This document shows positions 47,724-61,013 of a DNA stretch of 64,000 nt, piece by piece. Source of the DNA: Heptranchias perlo (lineage: Eukaryota); NCBI RefSeq assembly GCF_035084215.1, contig NC_090366.1, forward strand, positions 3,472,001 to 3,536,000, in the 5' to 3' direction. Numbering within the stretch: position 1 is the stretch's first letter; every line of letters starts with the position of its first letter. The notes beneath the pieces were generated by a model. That model worked only from the letters and a program-made list of their open reading frames with translations. It searched no databases and was not told where the DNA came from. Both the position numbers and the translations under genes were made by a program.

Positions 47724-48133
47724 AAGCAGTTTCTCTTTAACTACTCCATCAAAACCCCTCATTATTGTCATCAACTCCATTAAATCTCGCCTTTGCCTTC
47801 TCTGCTCTTAGGAGAACAATTCCAGCTTCTTCAGTCTCTCCCTGTAACTAAAGCCCCTGTTTCCATTCTGGTAAATTCCTCTTCACCCTTTCCAAGGTCA
47901 TCGGCCCATCGCAATACTCCAGCTGAGGGCTAACTAATGATTTATAAAAGTTTGCCGTAACTTGGAAATGAGAGCAACCCGGTTTATAACGAATTATTCT
48001 TTTGGAATTTTGTGATACAAGGGATATGCTAACTGAACAACTGCGTTTTATTTGCATGGCAGTTTGCTAAACAGAGTTAACGTTTCAGGTCGATTACGTT
48101 TCATCAGAAGTGGCAATGCAAGTGCAACCGTGC

Positions 48134-48204
48134 GGCAGCGTGGCTAAGCGGTCTTTTAGACTTCAGACTCTGCAATCGTGTCAGTTCAAATCTCACGGCT
48201 GCCA
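48134..48204 (+). pseudogene. tRNA-Leu (probably UAG) pseudogene
   Basis: ggcagcgtggctaagcggtct..tttagacttcagactct..gttcaaatctcacggctgcca matches the tRNA-Leu layout, with an ~11-nt deletion before the anticodon. Confidence 0.65.
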
Positions 48205-48315
48205 AAAATTCTGGTACTGGTTATTTTGGCCTCTTCGCCAAATCTCTTTCTTTTCTAAGCGCTGCCAAGCACAGCATGTTGTTGGTCGAAAGCTCTGCCG
48301 CATCCGATGTGTGGC

Positions 48316-48351
48316 GCCGTGATCATGCAGTGGTTATTACTTTGCGTTGTG
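48316..48351 (+). pseudogene. tRNA-His 5' half, truncated by an L2 fragment
   Basis: gccgtgatcatgcagtggttattactttgcgttgtg vs consensus gccgtgatcgtatagtggttagtactctgcgttgtg. Confidence 0.65.
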
Positions 48352-48354
48352 TTG

Positions 48355-48890
48355 GTCTTTTCTGGCGGGCCTCCAATCTTCCACCCTCAGTCAGCTTCAG
48401 CTAATCGAAAGCTCTGTTGTCCGTATGCTAATTCGCACTGTTCTTTTTAACCATCATTCCTGTGCTCGATGACCTCTATTGGCTCCCGGTCCAGCAACAA
48501 GTCAAATGTATATTATCGTTCCTTGTGTTCAAATGACCTCACCACTCCCTACCTCTGTAACCTGCTCCGGCCCTATAACTCTCTGGGATCTCGGCGCTCC
48601 TCCAATTCTGGCTTCTTGTGTATACCTATTTCCTTCGCAACTCCATTGGTGGCCGTGCCTTCAGCTGTCTAGGTTCTAAGCTGTGGAATTCCCTCCCTAA
48701 ACCTTTCCTTTCCAGCCCTCTCTCCTCCTTTAAAACGCACCTTGAAACCTACCTGTTTCTCCAAACTTTTGGTCACCTGTCCAAATATCTCTTTATGTGA
48801 CTTCATATCAAATTTTGTTTGGTAACGTTCCCAACGAGCCTTGGGAAGTTTTACTCCGTTATAATTGCTGTAGGTATCTAAGTTATTGAT
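48355..48890 (+). mobile_element. L2 LINE 3' fragment
   Basis: GGRAFSCLGSKLWNSLP..FKTHLETYLF, the L2 ORF2 C-terminus; ttgggaagttttac..aagttattg tail. Confidence 0.8.
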
Positions 48891-49869
48891 GTCGGAAATA
48901 TCGTGGAAAGATATCGTCTCGGTTAGTGAAGGTAGCTCATGTAATACTAACCTGCTGCCACCCTATGGCGCTATAGTAATGAACCCTACCCCTCACACAT
49001 TCCTAACATTCTGATATCAAACGGTAAGCATAACCTCTTGTGGCCGAGAAAACCAGTGAAATTACAACAAGTAGTAAAACGACATGTAAATCCAGTTCCC
49101 AAAGAGTTTCAAAAAACAATGAATAATCTCACCCACGATTTGACGCTTGCCCAGCTCTCTTCGACTAGCAGTTCAACTGTCAGCTACAAATCTGACATTC
49201 TGATGACTGCCCTTCATTTATTGCTGGAAAGTGTATAGGGGCGAAATCTAAATGCATCTCAGTTGTTGTAATCACTTCCCAACAAAGGCCCAATCGAAAA
49301 CCCTTTGGACAGGCACTTCCTGAGGTGACGCATTAAGAATGGTCTGCTGGGTGAGGTACTATGGAAACACATTTCAACAAGAAGATCAGTCTTCAGGAAA
49401 GGAAAGGCAGAATTGGAAAAGGTGTGTACCAAAGGCAGGGACCTGTGGTGAATGCATTCATGTGCAAGAAGTTTCCTTTAAGGCTACTAGTATATCACAA
49501 TGTCACTTTATGGGTAATATTTGGACGTACATTAAATACAGAATGTAATCAATGACCATTGATAGAGCGTACAATTAATACGCTTTGATAACCAATAACC
49601 CGGTTCAGAATCACAAGGTGAGAACGACCAGCAGATCCCCTACATCCATGGCCACCAGGTAGTGAGTGAGGAATTTGGGAAGACAGCACTTTAATCAGGA
49701 CAGGACCACAGTCGCCATTATGTCAATTGCAAGAAAGCGGAAAATTACTGACTAGACTCCCAGTAGAAAGCATCAGTTCGGTAGGATTTTGTCCGGAATT
49801 CAATGTTTCATTCCTGCATCTGTGGACGGAAATTAATCCATCCGCCGACACGGTCGCTTTCTGGTGACT

Positions 49870-50360
49870 GAAAAGAGTTAATTTTAACCGAACTCGCCGG
49901 GCGGGAAACCCACGGTATCGAGTGGAAGGCCGATTTTACACCAAGCCCAATATACCTCTCCATTCATTTCAATGGAGAGTAAAATTGGGGGTAAGGGAAG
50001 GGGGAAGTAAAACCATCGTTGCACCCGATTCCGTCGGTTTTCCGATGGACTGGTGAGGTTAGTTTCAAAATAAAACTAAGTAATAATTAAAATGTGTATG
50101 AAAAAGACAAAGACAATCACCGTAGGTTATTGGTAAATGTAAAATACTATTTAGAATGGAACATATGCGGCGAGGGTGGGCACACGAAGCGAAACTAATT
50201 AAAATAGAGGTGGAACCGTAAAATGAGTGAAAACACGATTTCTGGATACTCCGCCTGGAGCGTGCCATTGAAATCATTAGCAATGAAAATCGGTCAGTTT
50301 TTAGAACGATCGGCGATCTGCAACGCCAGTTTTACTCCGGCTGGCAATTTGGAAAATTAC
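49870..50360. mobile_element. Old palindromic MITE-like repeats
   Basis: Inverted segments such as ctctccatt..aatggagag and ttttac..gtaaaa; the second piece resembles the element at 7160-7330 in reverse. Confidence 0.4.
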
Positions 50361-50649
50361 TCCCTTGTGGCAAGTTTTCCAAACACTACTTTAGAGAGGA
50401 TGAAAAAGGATATGGAGATGGTGCAGAGGAAATTCACTCAGATAATATCGGGGATGAGAAGCTTTAGTTGTTAAAGCCGACAGGAGAAACTGGAGGTCAT
50501 TACATTAAAATGGGTGAGTTTATGATGAGATCTGATAGAAGTGGCCACAAATGTGAGCGGTTTCTAGAAGTTAAAGAGGGGGAACATTTTTCAACTGGCG
50601 GCAGAGCGGGTTAAGTGCAGGGCAAAAAATTAAAATCATCACCAAAGAA

Positions 50650-51420
50650 ATTCGTTCATAGGATGTGGGCGTCGCTGGCGAGGCCGGCATTTATTGTCCA
50701 TCCTTAATTGCCCTTGATAAGTTGGTGGTGAGCCGCCTTCTTGAACCGCTGCAGCCCTTGTGGTGACGGTTCTTGCACAGTGCTGTTAGGAAGGGAGTTC
50801 CTGAATTTTGACCCAGCGACGATGAAGGAACGGCGATATATTTCAAAGTCGGGATGGTGTGTGACTTGGAGGGGAACGTGCAGATGGTTGGGCCTAGGAC
50901 ACTGCCCTGAGGAACTCGTGCAGCAATGTCCTGTGGCCGAAATGATTGGCCTCCAACAACCACCAACATCTTCCTTTGTGCTCGGTATGACTCCAGCCAC
51001 TGGAGAGTTATCCCTCTGATTCCCATTGACTTCAATTTTACTGGGGCTCCTTGGTGCCACACTCGGTCAAATGCTGCCTCGATGTCAAGGGCAGTCACCC
51101 TCACCTCACCTCTGGAATTCAGCTCTTTTGTCCATGTTTGGACCAAGGCTGTAATGAGGTCTGGAGCCGAGTGGTCCTGGCGGAACCCAAACTGAGCATC
51201 GGTGAGCAGGTTATTGGTGAGTAAGTTCCGCTTGATAGCACTGTCGACGAACCTTCCATCACTTTGCTGATGATTGAGAATAGACTGATGGGGCGATAAT
51301 TGGCCGGATTGGATTTGTCCTGCTTTTTGTGGACAGGACACACCTGGGCAATTTTCCACATTGTCGGGTAGATGCCAGTGTTTTAGCTGTACTGGAACAG
51401 CTTGGCTAGAAGCGCAGCTA
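50650..51420 (-). mobile_element. Non-LTR retrotransposon of a distinct CR1/L2-group family, internally deleted
   Basis: NYRPISL, QFGFR, ALDIEAAFDRVWH, VPQGSVLGPTI joined directly to the 3' end; tail gccagcgacgcccacatcctatgaacgaat. Confidence 0.85.
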
Positions 51421-52387
51421 GTATAACTTAGCAGAGGACGGGGCGGAAGCAGAATTCATAATAACTTTTAATTGAAGTGGACACGTGTTCCAAAAAGAGA
51501 AAAATACGTGGGGAAATGGTGAGCGAGCAAAAAAGAAGCGGGCCGAATGTCTCCTTGCTGTGTTGTAAAGCAGCAACATTCCATAATTTTCAAACGAAGC
51601 TCTATTCTAGTCACTGTACTCAGGTCGATTGAGATTGTTTCTAAATAGTGTTGCCTCATAATCCGAAACATCTATCTGAATATGCCGTGTACACCTAACA
51701 CAGACCGCACTGTTCTGAAATAAAGCTTTGTTTGGATGTCACTAGTTGCAGTCTATGTCTCTATACTGATCTGACATTATTATATTGCTCCATTCATGGC
51801 CTGTGCTAAATTCGCAGGGAAGGTGGTGGGTGGGCGGTGGGGTCGAGATGCTACCATTGGCCTCAACACCCCTGTGTGAGGGAAGGGAATATCGACCAAG
51901 ATCTGGGATGAATGGCCACTTGGTTGGCGTACCGGTGGACTAGAACCTTACCCGGTCAAACAAACAAATCTTTGAAGAGAAGAGGCGACACGATGCTTAT
52001 GTTTGAAACCAGCTTAAGGTCCAGGAGATAAACACATTTTTAAAAAGGCGTAAAGCATTCAAGGTAGATGGGTTGATTGTGGACCAGTAAATCCCTTCCT
52101 TCTTCAGCAGAACTCAGCAGCAAAACTTCTGGGAGAAAAGAAACGGGTGCTGAAGGTAGGACTTCAGGAGGAAACAAAAAGCAGGCGCCAGTCCTGAAAA
52201 ACACCTGTGTGTAGGTATAGTCTTCAGCAGAAATGTTATGTTGGTGCTATGGGCTTGGAATCAATAAATAAATCAGAATTGTGAATCCGCTTAATGGTAT
52301 CATAGATATAGGTTATTAAAAACTCAACGACTTATTTGAGTACCAGCCCCGTGGGGACAAGGGAATGTCTTTGTGAAATGAAATATA

Positions 52388-52650
52388 CCAACAACAACAA
52401 CTTGCATTTATATAGCGACTTTAAAGTAGTAAAACTTCCCAAGGCGCTTCACAGGAGCGATTATCAAACAAAATTTGACGCATAAGGAGATATTAGGTCA
52501 GGTGACGAAAAGCTCGGTCAAATAGGTAGGCTTGAAGGCGCGTCTTAAAGGAGGGGAGATTGGCCGAGAGGTTTAGGGAGGGAATTCCAGAGCTTAGGGC
52601 CTAGGCAGCTGAAGGCACGGCCGCCAATGGTGGAGCGATTAAAATCGGCA
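52388..52650 (-). mobile_element. L2 LINE 3' end
   Basis: (CAA)n cttgcatttatatagcg tail; reverse complement of the 48600-48890 family. Confidence 0.8.
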
Positions 52651-53924
52651 CAGTTACGGGGTAGGTTGCATTTTAGATTGCAATCCCTAAAACAATCTTC
52701 TACGTTAACATGCGACGCCCTGACTCACAACTCCCACATATTAAACTGCTTGGCAGCACTTGAGCTCTGAATATTTGAAATGAGCAGCTGTGGTTAGTTC
52801 TGTAGCCGCTTCCTCCAGACATGTGGCTTTATCACCTTCGGGGCATAACACGATTTGAAATGTCAAAGGCACAAAAGGGTTTATCAGTAAACAGTTCCAC
52901 ACGGGTACACGGTCATTTTTCGAAGTGACCTCAACTGTTTTTTTTCACACTCCAGAGATATGAAATCTGCTGAAATTAACTCATTTCCATCCCAGCTGCT
53001 TCAATAAATCATTTATGATTTTTCTGATGTCACTGCTAGATCTAGGACATGTGTCTGGAGCTTTTAGATTCGAGATGCTGCAGGAAAGAGTAAGGGTAAT
53101 TTTAGCTACAGGAACAAATCCCTTCAAATTGAATACTGTGAACAAATCCTGGACACAATCTTGAAACGCAATCAAATACTGCCCAACTTCAACTGGGCGC
53201 ATTTCGGATTAGATTAAGAAGCAGAATCAGGTCAGGCTAATTGGAAGATAAGAGTTCCGTATTACTGCTGCCATAGACTTAAGGTTAGTGATCAATCGAT
53301 GCCTCTCATTATCGACCACAGTAAAGCACATCGGATATGCCTTGTGCAGATTGCATAACCCAATTCTCCGTTTTCTGTTTCACAATTCTAAGCCTGAAAT
53401 CCGTTCTACTTTCATGAGAAAATCCCTTATTTTCTGGCTCGCCTCTCTGTTGTCCCGACGCGCGACAGTCAGGCGAAACAAATCAGGGCGCTTGGAAATC
53501 CCCGGCACCCAAAGCCATGTAGAAAAACAGACAAAGAAATTACAGGTCATTCGCTATCTTCAGCGGACAAGATATTAGTAAACATTTTGGGTAATTCGAT
53601 CATCAGAATTGAAAGCAACCATTTTAGTAAAGTGAGACAAAGGAGATCTTGACGAGACAACGCAGTCTCACATTACGGAATGGGAACTAATCGCTTGCTC
53701 GAAATCTATTGGGAATAATAAAATTTCATCGGGGAGTGAATGGAAATACAATACTAAACTGAGGAATGTGTAAGTGTTTCAGCGGGTGAAAATTGTCCAC
53801 TCGAAACACTTGATGTGGAGCTCTGAATGTGCCTTCGAGAGCGTACACCCACTAGATGAACATGCAATGCCAATTTCCAAGAAATATCTATGGGTTCAGG
53901 AATTCAGGAAAGGTAATGCTAACT

Positions 53925-54210
53925 TCTCGGGAGTAACCATGTACTTATCGAGCTTCCTCTTAAATGCATCTATGCTATTCTCCTCAACCACTTCTGTGGT
54001 AGCAAGTTCCACTCTCAAGCCACTCTCTGGGTAAAGAAGTTTCTCCTGAATTCAATATTGAATTTACAAGTGACTCTCTGATATTTATGTCCCTAGTTTT
54101 GGACAACCTCACCAGCGAAAATATCTTCTATACAACTACACTATCAAACACATCCATAATTTTAGAGGCATATATGAGGTCACCTCTCAGCTTTCGCTTT
54201 TCTATGGAAA
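53925..54210 (-). mobile_element. CR1 3' fragment
   Basis: ctctctgggtaaagaagtttctcctgaattc, reverse of the 3620-3720 family. Confidence 0.7.
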
Positions 54211-54308
54211 AGATAGAGAGTGTGCTAGAGTGAGTGAGCGTGAGAAAGAGTGAGTCTGAGAGGGAGAGTGTGGAAGAGAGTGCGACAGAGAGAGAGAGAG
54301 AGGCAACA

Positions 54309-57300
54309 GGGATGTGTGTTCACATCAAGGGCCCACTATGGATTTACTGACTAGTTTAGGGATGTGTGTTCAGATCCAGGCCTGAGTTTGGTTTTACTGA
54401 ATAGTTTAGGGATGTGTGTTCAGATCCAGGCCTAAGCTTGGTTTTACTGAATAGTTATGGGATGTGTATTCATATCCTGGCATCAGTTTGTTTTTACTGA
54501 CTAAATTAGGAATGTGTGTTCAGATCCAGGCCCCAGTTTATTTATATTGTCTAGTTCAGGGATATGTGTTTAGATCCAGGCCAGAGTTTGGTTTTACTGA
54601 ATAGTAATGGGATCTGTGTTCCGATCCAGGCACCAGTTTGGTTTTACTGACTAGTTTAGGAATGTATTTCAGAGTGAGTTCGCAGTTTGATTCATCTGAC
54701 AATTTAGTTATGTGTGTTCCAATCAAGGATGCAGTTTGTTTTTATAAATAGCATACAGCTGTAAGTTCTGATTGAGGCTTTAATTTCGTTTTATTGACTG
54801 GTATAGGGATGTGTGTTCAGATCCAGGCCCCAGTTTGGCTTTACTGACTAGTATAGGGACGTGTGTTCAGTGTGAGTCCTCGTTTTGGTTTTATTGACTA
54901 GTTTAGGGATGTGTGTTGAGATCCAGGGCCCATTTCTGTGTTACTGAATAATTTAGTAATGTGTGTTCATATCCAGGTCCCCAGTTTGGTTTTATTGACT
55001 TATTAAAGTTTTGCTTTGCAGCCTAATTTAGGGAGGTGCTTTCAGATATGTGGCCAGTTTGTTTTTGCTGATTAGTTTGGAGATGTGTGTTCAGATCCAG
55101 GGCCGAGTTCGGTGTTACTGACTAGTTTAGTGATGTCTGTTCAGATCGAGGGCTTAGTTTGTTTTATTGACTAGTTTAGGGACATTTGCTCAGATTCATG
55201 CCCAAGTTAGATATTACCAATTGGCTTAGATGTGTTCTCAGATCTAGGGCTCAATTTGGTTTTACTGAGAACTTTAGGGATTTGTGTTCAGATCCGGCGC
55301 CCAGTTTGGTTTTACTGTGTAGTTAAGGGAGGTGTGTTCAAATCGACAGCACAGTTTTGCTTTCCTGGCTAGTGTAGGGATGTGCTTCCAGATGCATGAC
55401 TCAGTTTGGTTTAACTGACTAGTTTGGGGATGTATTTTCAGATCCAGTTCCCTGTCACTGACTAGTTTAGTGATGTCTGATCGGATCGTGGGCCGAGTTA
55501 GGTTTTATTGACTAATTTAGGGACATTTGTTCAGATTCCTGCCCAAGTTAGGTTTTACTAACTGGTTCAGAGATGTGTTCTCAGAACCAGGGCTCAGTTT
55601 GGTTTCACTGAATAGTTTAGGGATGTATGTTCGGATCAAGTGCCTAGTTTGCTTTTACTGACGAGATTAGGGATGTGTGTTCAGGTCCAGCGGCCAGTTT
55701 GGTTTTAATGACTAGTCTTGAGATGTGTGCCCAGATCCAGGCCCAGATTGATATTACTAATTGATTTAAGGATATGTGCTCTGTTCCAGGGCCCAGTTTG
55801 GTCGTACTGACTATTTTCGTGATGTGTGTTCAGATCCAGGAAACAGTTTGGTTTTACTGTCTAGTTTAGGGGTTTGTGTTCCGATCCAGTGCCCATTTTG
55901 GTTTCACTGAGTAGTTTTGAGACGTGTGTTCATATGCAGGCCCCAGTTTGCTTTTAATAATTGGTTTAGGGATGTATGCTCTGACCCATGTTCCAGTTTG
56001 GTTTTACTGACTAGTTTAGGGATGTGTATTCAGATCCAGGCACCCATGTTTGGTTTTACTTACAAATTTAGGGAGGTGTGTTCAGGGCCAGGCCCCCAGT
56101 TTGGTTTTACTGACAAACATGTTCAGATCCGGGGACCAGTTCAGCGTTACTGACTGGTTTAGTGATGTCTCTTCAGTATAAAATGTCGAGTTTGGTTTTA
56201 CTGACCAGCTTAGAGATGTTTTTTTCATATCCAGGGCCCAATTTGTTTTTACTGACTAGTTTAGGGATGTGTATTCAGAACCAGGGCCTTGTTTGGTTTT
56301 ACTGTCAAGTTTAGGGATGTGTGTCCAGATCCATGCCCCAGTTTGGTTTTATTTACTGGTTTATGGATGTGTGTTCAAATCCAGGGCCCAGTTTGGTTTT
56401 ACTGACAACTTTAGATATATGTGTTCAGATCCAGAGTCCAGTTTTGTTTCATTGACTAGTAAAGGGAGATCTGTTCAAATCCATAGCACAGTTTTGTTTT
56501 GCTGATTAGTTTATAAATATGCTCTCAGATCCAGGTTCCAGGTTGGTCTTGCTTATTGATTTGGGAATGTTTGTTCAGACACATGGCACAGTCTGGTTTT
56601 GCTGACTAATTTAATTATGTGCGTTCAGTTCGATGGCCCATTCTGGATTTACTGATTAGTTTAGAGGAGTGCGTTTAGATCGTGGGCCCAGTTCGGTGTC
56701 ACTGACTGCTTTAGTGACATAAATTCAATTCGATGGCCATGTTTGATTTTCCTGACTAGATTAGGGATGTGTGTTCAGATCTAGGGTTCAGTTTGCTTTT
56801 ACTGACTAGATTAGAGATGAGCTTTCTGATCCAGTGCCGGTTTAGGTTTCACTGAATCGTTTAGGGATGTCTGCTCGGATCCAGGGCCGAGTTTGGTTTT
56901 ACTGACTAGTTTGGGGTTGTGTGTTCATATCGGGAGCCCATTTGGGTTTTACTGACTAGTTGAGTATGTGTGTTCAGATTCAGGACTCAGTTTGGCTTTA
57001 CTGACGAGTTAAGGGATGTGTGTTCAAATCCACTACACAGCTTTGTTTTGTTGACTAGTTTAGGATTGTATGTTTAGATCCAGGCCACAGTTTCGTTCAA
57101 CTGACTAGATTAGGGTTATGTATGTAAGTCTGAGATAGATAGATTTTTGGCAACCAAAGGTTTTAAGGGATATTGGCCAAAGGCGGGTATATGGAGTTAG
57201 ATCACAGATCAGCCATGATCTTATCAAATGGCGGAGCAGGCACGACGGGCTGAATGGCCTAGTCCTGTTTCTATGTTCCTATTTTCCTATATGTTCCTAT

Positions 57301-60300
57301 TCAGATCGAGGGCCCAGTTTGGTTTTGCTAACTAATTTGGTGATGGGTGTTTTGTTCCACGGCCCAGTTTGGTTTTATTAACTAATTAAGGGAATGTTGT
57401 TCTGCTCCAGGGCTCAACATAGTTTTCGTGGCTAGATGAGAGCTGTGTTCGAAGATCGAGTGCCCAGTTTGGTTTCACTGACCTCTTTGGGGATGTGTGA
57501 TCAGATCCAAGGTCCAGTGTGGTTTTACTGACTAGTTTAGAGATGTATGCTTAGAACCAGGGTCCAGTTTCGTTCTGCTGAAGAATTTAGTGATATGTGT
57601 TCAGATCGAGGGCTCAGTTTGGTTTCACTGACTACTTCAGCGAATGTTGTTCATTTCCAGGGCCCAGTGTGGTGCTATTGACTAGTTTAGGGATGTGTCT
57701 TCAGATCAAGGCTACAGTTTGGTTTTGGTGACTAGTTTAGGGATGTGTGTTCGGAACCAGGGCCATGTTTGGATTTACTGATTAGTTTAAGGATGTGTGT
57801 ACAAATCCCGGCCCCCAGATTGGTGTCACTGGCTAATTTAATGATGTGTATTCAGATCGAGGCCACCAGTTTGGTTTTACTGACTAGTTTAGGTATGTTT
57901 GTTCAGATCCAGGGCCCAGATCGTCATTACTGACTAATTTACTGATGTGTTTTCAGAACAAGGGCCCAGTTTGATTTTACTGATTAGATTAGGGATGTGT
58001 GTTCAGATCCAGGGCCCAATGTTTGGTATAACTTACTAGTTTGGGAGGTGTGTTTAGGCCCAGGCCCCCAGTTTGGTTTTACTGACAAGTGTGTTCAGAT
58101 CGAGGGACCAGTTCGGTGTTACTGACTAGTTTAGTGATGTCTGTTCAAATAAAATGTCGAATTGGTTTTACTGACTGTCTTAGAGATGATTGTTCAGATC
58201 CAGGGCCGAGTTTGGTTTTATTGACTAGTAAAGGGAGATCTGTTGAAACCCACAGCACAGTTTTGTTTTGCTGATTAGTTTAGAAATGTGCTCTCAGATC
58301 CAGGTCCCAGGTTGGTCTTGCTTACTAGTTTGGGAATGTGTGTTCAGACTCATGGCACAGTTCGGTTTTGCTGACTGATTTAAGTATGTGTGTTCAGTTC
58401 GAGGGCCCAGTCTGTAGTTACTGATTAGTTTAGTGATGGGTGTTGTGATCGAGGGTCCAGTTCAGTGTCACTGACTAGTTTAGTGACTTAAGTTCAGTTC
58501 GATGGCCATGTTTGATGTTCCTGACTAGTTTATGGATGTCTGTTGAGATCCAGGGCCCAGTTTGGTTTTACTGAGAAGTTAAGGGAGGTGTTTTCAAATA
58601 GACAGCACAGATTTGATTTCCTGACTAGTGTAGGGATGTGCTTCCAGATGCATGACTCAGTTTGGTTTAACTGACTAGTTTAGGGATGTGTTTTCAGATC
58701 CAGTTCACAGTTACTGACTAGTTTACTGACGTCTGATCAGATCGTGGGCCTCGTTAGGTTTTATTGACTAGTTTAGGGACATGTGTTCAGATTCCGGCCC
58801 CAGTTAGGTTTTACTAATTGGTTTCGGGATGTGTTCTCAGATCCAGGGCCCAGTTTGGTTTCATTGACTGGTTTAGGGATTTTTTTTCAGATCGATGGCC
58901 CAGTTTGGCTTTACTGACTAGTATGGGGATGTGTGTTCAAAATGAGTCTACAGTTTTGTTTTATTGACTCGTTTAGGGATCTGTGTTCGGATCAAGGGTC
59001 TAGTTTGCTTTTACTGACTAGATTAGAGATGTGTGTTCATGTTCAGGGCCCAGTTTGGCTTTACTGACTATTTTGCGGATCTGTGTTCATATCCTGGGCC
59101 CTTTTCCGTTTTACAGACTAATTTAGTAATATGTTTTCAATTAGAAGGCCCTGTTTGGTTTTCCTAACTAGATTAGGGATGTGTGTTCAGCTCCAGGAAA
59201 CAGTTTGGTTTTACTGTCTAGTTTAGGTGTTTGTGTTCAGATCCAGGGCACAGCTAAGTTTTACTGACTTGTTTTACATGTTTGTTCTGATCCAGTGCCC
59301 ATTTTGGTTTTACTGAGTAGTTTTGAGATGTGTGTTCATATGCAGGCCCCAGTTTGCTTTTAATAATTGGTTTAGGGATGTCTGCTCTGACCCATGTTCC
59401 AGTTTGGTTTTACTGACTAGTTTAGGGATGTGTGTTCAGGTCCATGGCCCAGTTTGGTTTTACTGACTAGTATGGGGATGTGTGTTCAAAATGAGTCTAC
59501 AGTTTTGTTTTCTTGATTAGTTTAAGGATGTGTTTTTGGATCAAGGGCCATTTTGCTTTTCCTGGTTAGATTAGAGATGTGTATTCATGTCCAGGGGCCA
59601 GTTTGGTTTTAATGACTAGTCTTGAGATGTGTGTCCAGATCCAGGCTCAGTTTGGTTTTACTGACTAATTTAGGGATGTGTGTTCAGATCCAGGGCCAAG
59701 TTTGGTGTTACTGACTAGGTTAAGGATGTGTGTTCAATTCCACGACACAGTTCTGTATTGCTGACTAGTTCAGTGATGTTTGTTCAAATACAGGGTCCAC
59801 GTCGTTCTAACTGACTAATTTCCGAACGTTTTTTCAGAACGAGGGCCCAGTTTGATTTTACTAACTAGTTTAGGAATGTTTGTTCAGATCTCGGCCACAG
59901 TTTGGTTTTACTGACCAGTTCAGGGATATGCGTTGAAATTCTGAGCCCAGTTTGGTGTCTACTGAATAATTTAGGGAAATGTTTTCAGATCCAGGACCCA
60001 GTTTGGTTCTACTGAATAATTTAGGGAAATGTGTTCAGATCGATGGCCCAGTTTTGTTTTACTGACTAATTTGGCGAAGTTCCAGTTCGATCCAATTTGG
60101 CAGGTTACGTGATATGTCGTCAGCCCTGGGCTCAGTTTGGTTTAACACAGAAAGTTCATATGTTGCAGACTCAATGTCGCGCCACTGCTCACATTGGGAC
60201 CGAGTCAATGTCTCACCCACTGTTCTCAATTCAGTGTGGCTACACCGAGATGGGTTTATTTGCACCCTGTACCAGTACAGCTCGAGAGCAGAGGTGTGAA

Positions 60301-60425
60301 GAGCTCAGTTTTATTTAGAACCCAAGTAGTTTCGGTTTCTTTAGCCCACAGCCCCCTGCTATCTATGACGTTCGTAGGTGTGAATCATTCTGACCAGTTT
60401 AGGGATGTGTGTTTTGATCCAGGCC
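54309..60425 (+). repeat. ~50-bp satellite array, more than 100 units
   Basis: Consensus gggatgtgtgttcagatccagggcccagtttggttttactgactagttta; preceded by a GA-rich microsatellite (54210-54305). Confidence 0.95.
57120..57299 (+). mobile_element. CR1 3' tail inserted in the satellite
   Basis: agatcagccatgatctt..ggcggagcagg..(TATGTTCC)n. Confidence 0.85.
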
Positions 60426-60570
60426 CCATTGTGTGCTGTATCGTGAAAGTTCCTGTTGTGTTTGCAGCTGTATGTTTAAACTGTAAGGCAAAGTGAGAGG
60501 TCAGAACGTCCATGTTAATAATGTATCTACATAACTAATAAATCCTGTTAATAACAAACGCAATATTAAG

Positions 60571-61013
60571 GTGTCAGCTGTGGCTCAGTGGGTAGCACTA
60601 CCACCTCTGAGTCAGAAATTCATGAGATCAAGTCTCATTCCAGAGACTTGAGTACAAAATCTAGGCTGGCGATTCACAGATGAAGGAGCCGTCTTTCAGA
60701 TGATGCGTTAAACCCAGGCCCCGTCTGCCCGAACAATTGGACGTAAGAGTTCCTGTGCCATTGTTTCCAAGAAAATCAATTGAGCTCTCCCTGATTTCCT
60801 AATCTTTGTTTATACCTCAACCAACATCACCAAAATAGATTATCTGGTTATTATCTCATTGTTGTTCGGGGAATTTGCTGTGCACAGATTGGCTGCAGCC
60901 TTTGCTACGTTACAACCGTGACTGCACTTCAAAAGTACTCCACTGGCTGTAAAGCGCTTTGGGACGTCCTGAGACCGTGAACGGCGCTGTATAAATGCAA
61001 AGTCTTTCTTTTC
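60571..61013 (+). mobile_element. SacSINE1-like DeuSINE, near full length
   Basis: tRNA-like head gtggctcagtgggtagcac..ctctgagtcagaa; core gatgatgcgttaaacccaggccccgtctgcc; L2-type tail gggacgtcctgag..tataaatgcaa(g)tctttct. Confidence 0.8.

Larger units (their letters stand above)
44712..47965 (-). mobile_element. Old CR1 3' fragment (44712-45026 and 47724-47965) split by nested insertions
   Basis: ..ctacttacagtg| resumes as |aagcagtttctc..caaaacccctc, matching intact CR1 tails at 14540-14600 and 23400-23455. Confidence 0.78.

Noticed and set aside
48952-48972. CTCF-like motif (ctgctgccaccctatggcgct)
   Set aside because: Mismatches in the core and no supporting evidence.
52690-53202. Minus-strand protein-like frames (KIINDLLKQLGWK), possibly a retroelement ORF1 relic
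   Set aside because: Several stops and no motif I can identify; would need BLASTX.
54309-60425. Regular array resembling CRISPR
   Set aside because: No unique spacers, degenerate head-to-tail monomers, no cas genes, vertebrate context.
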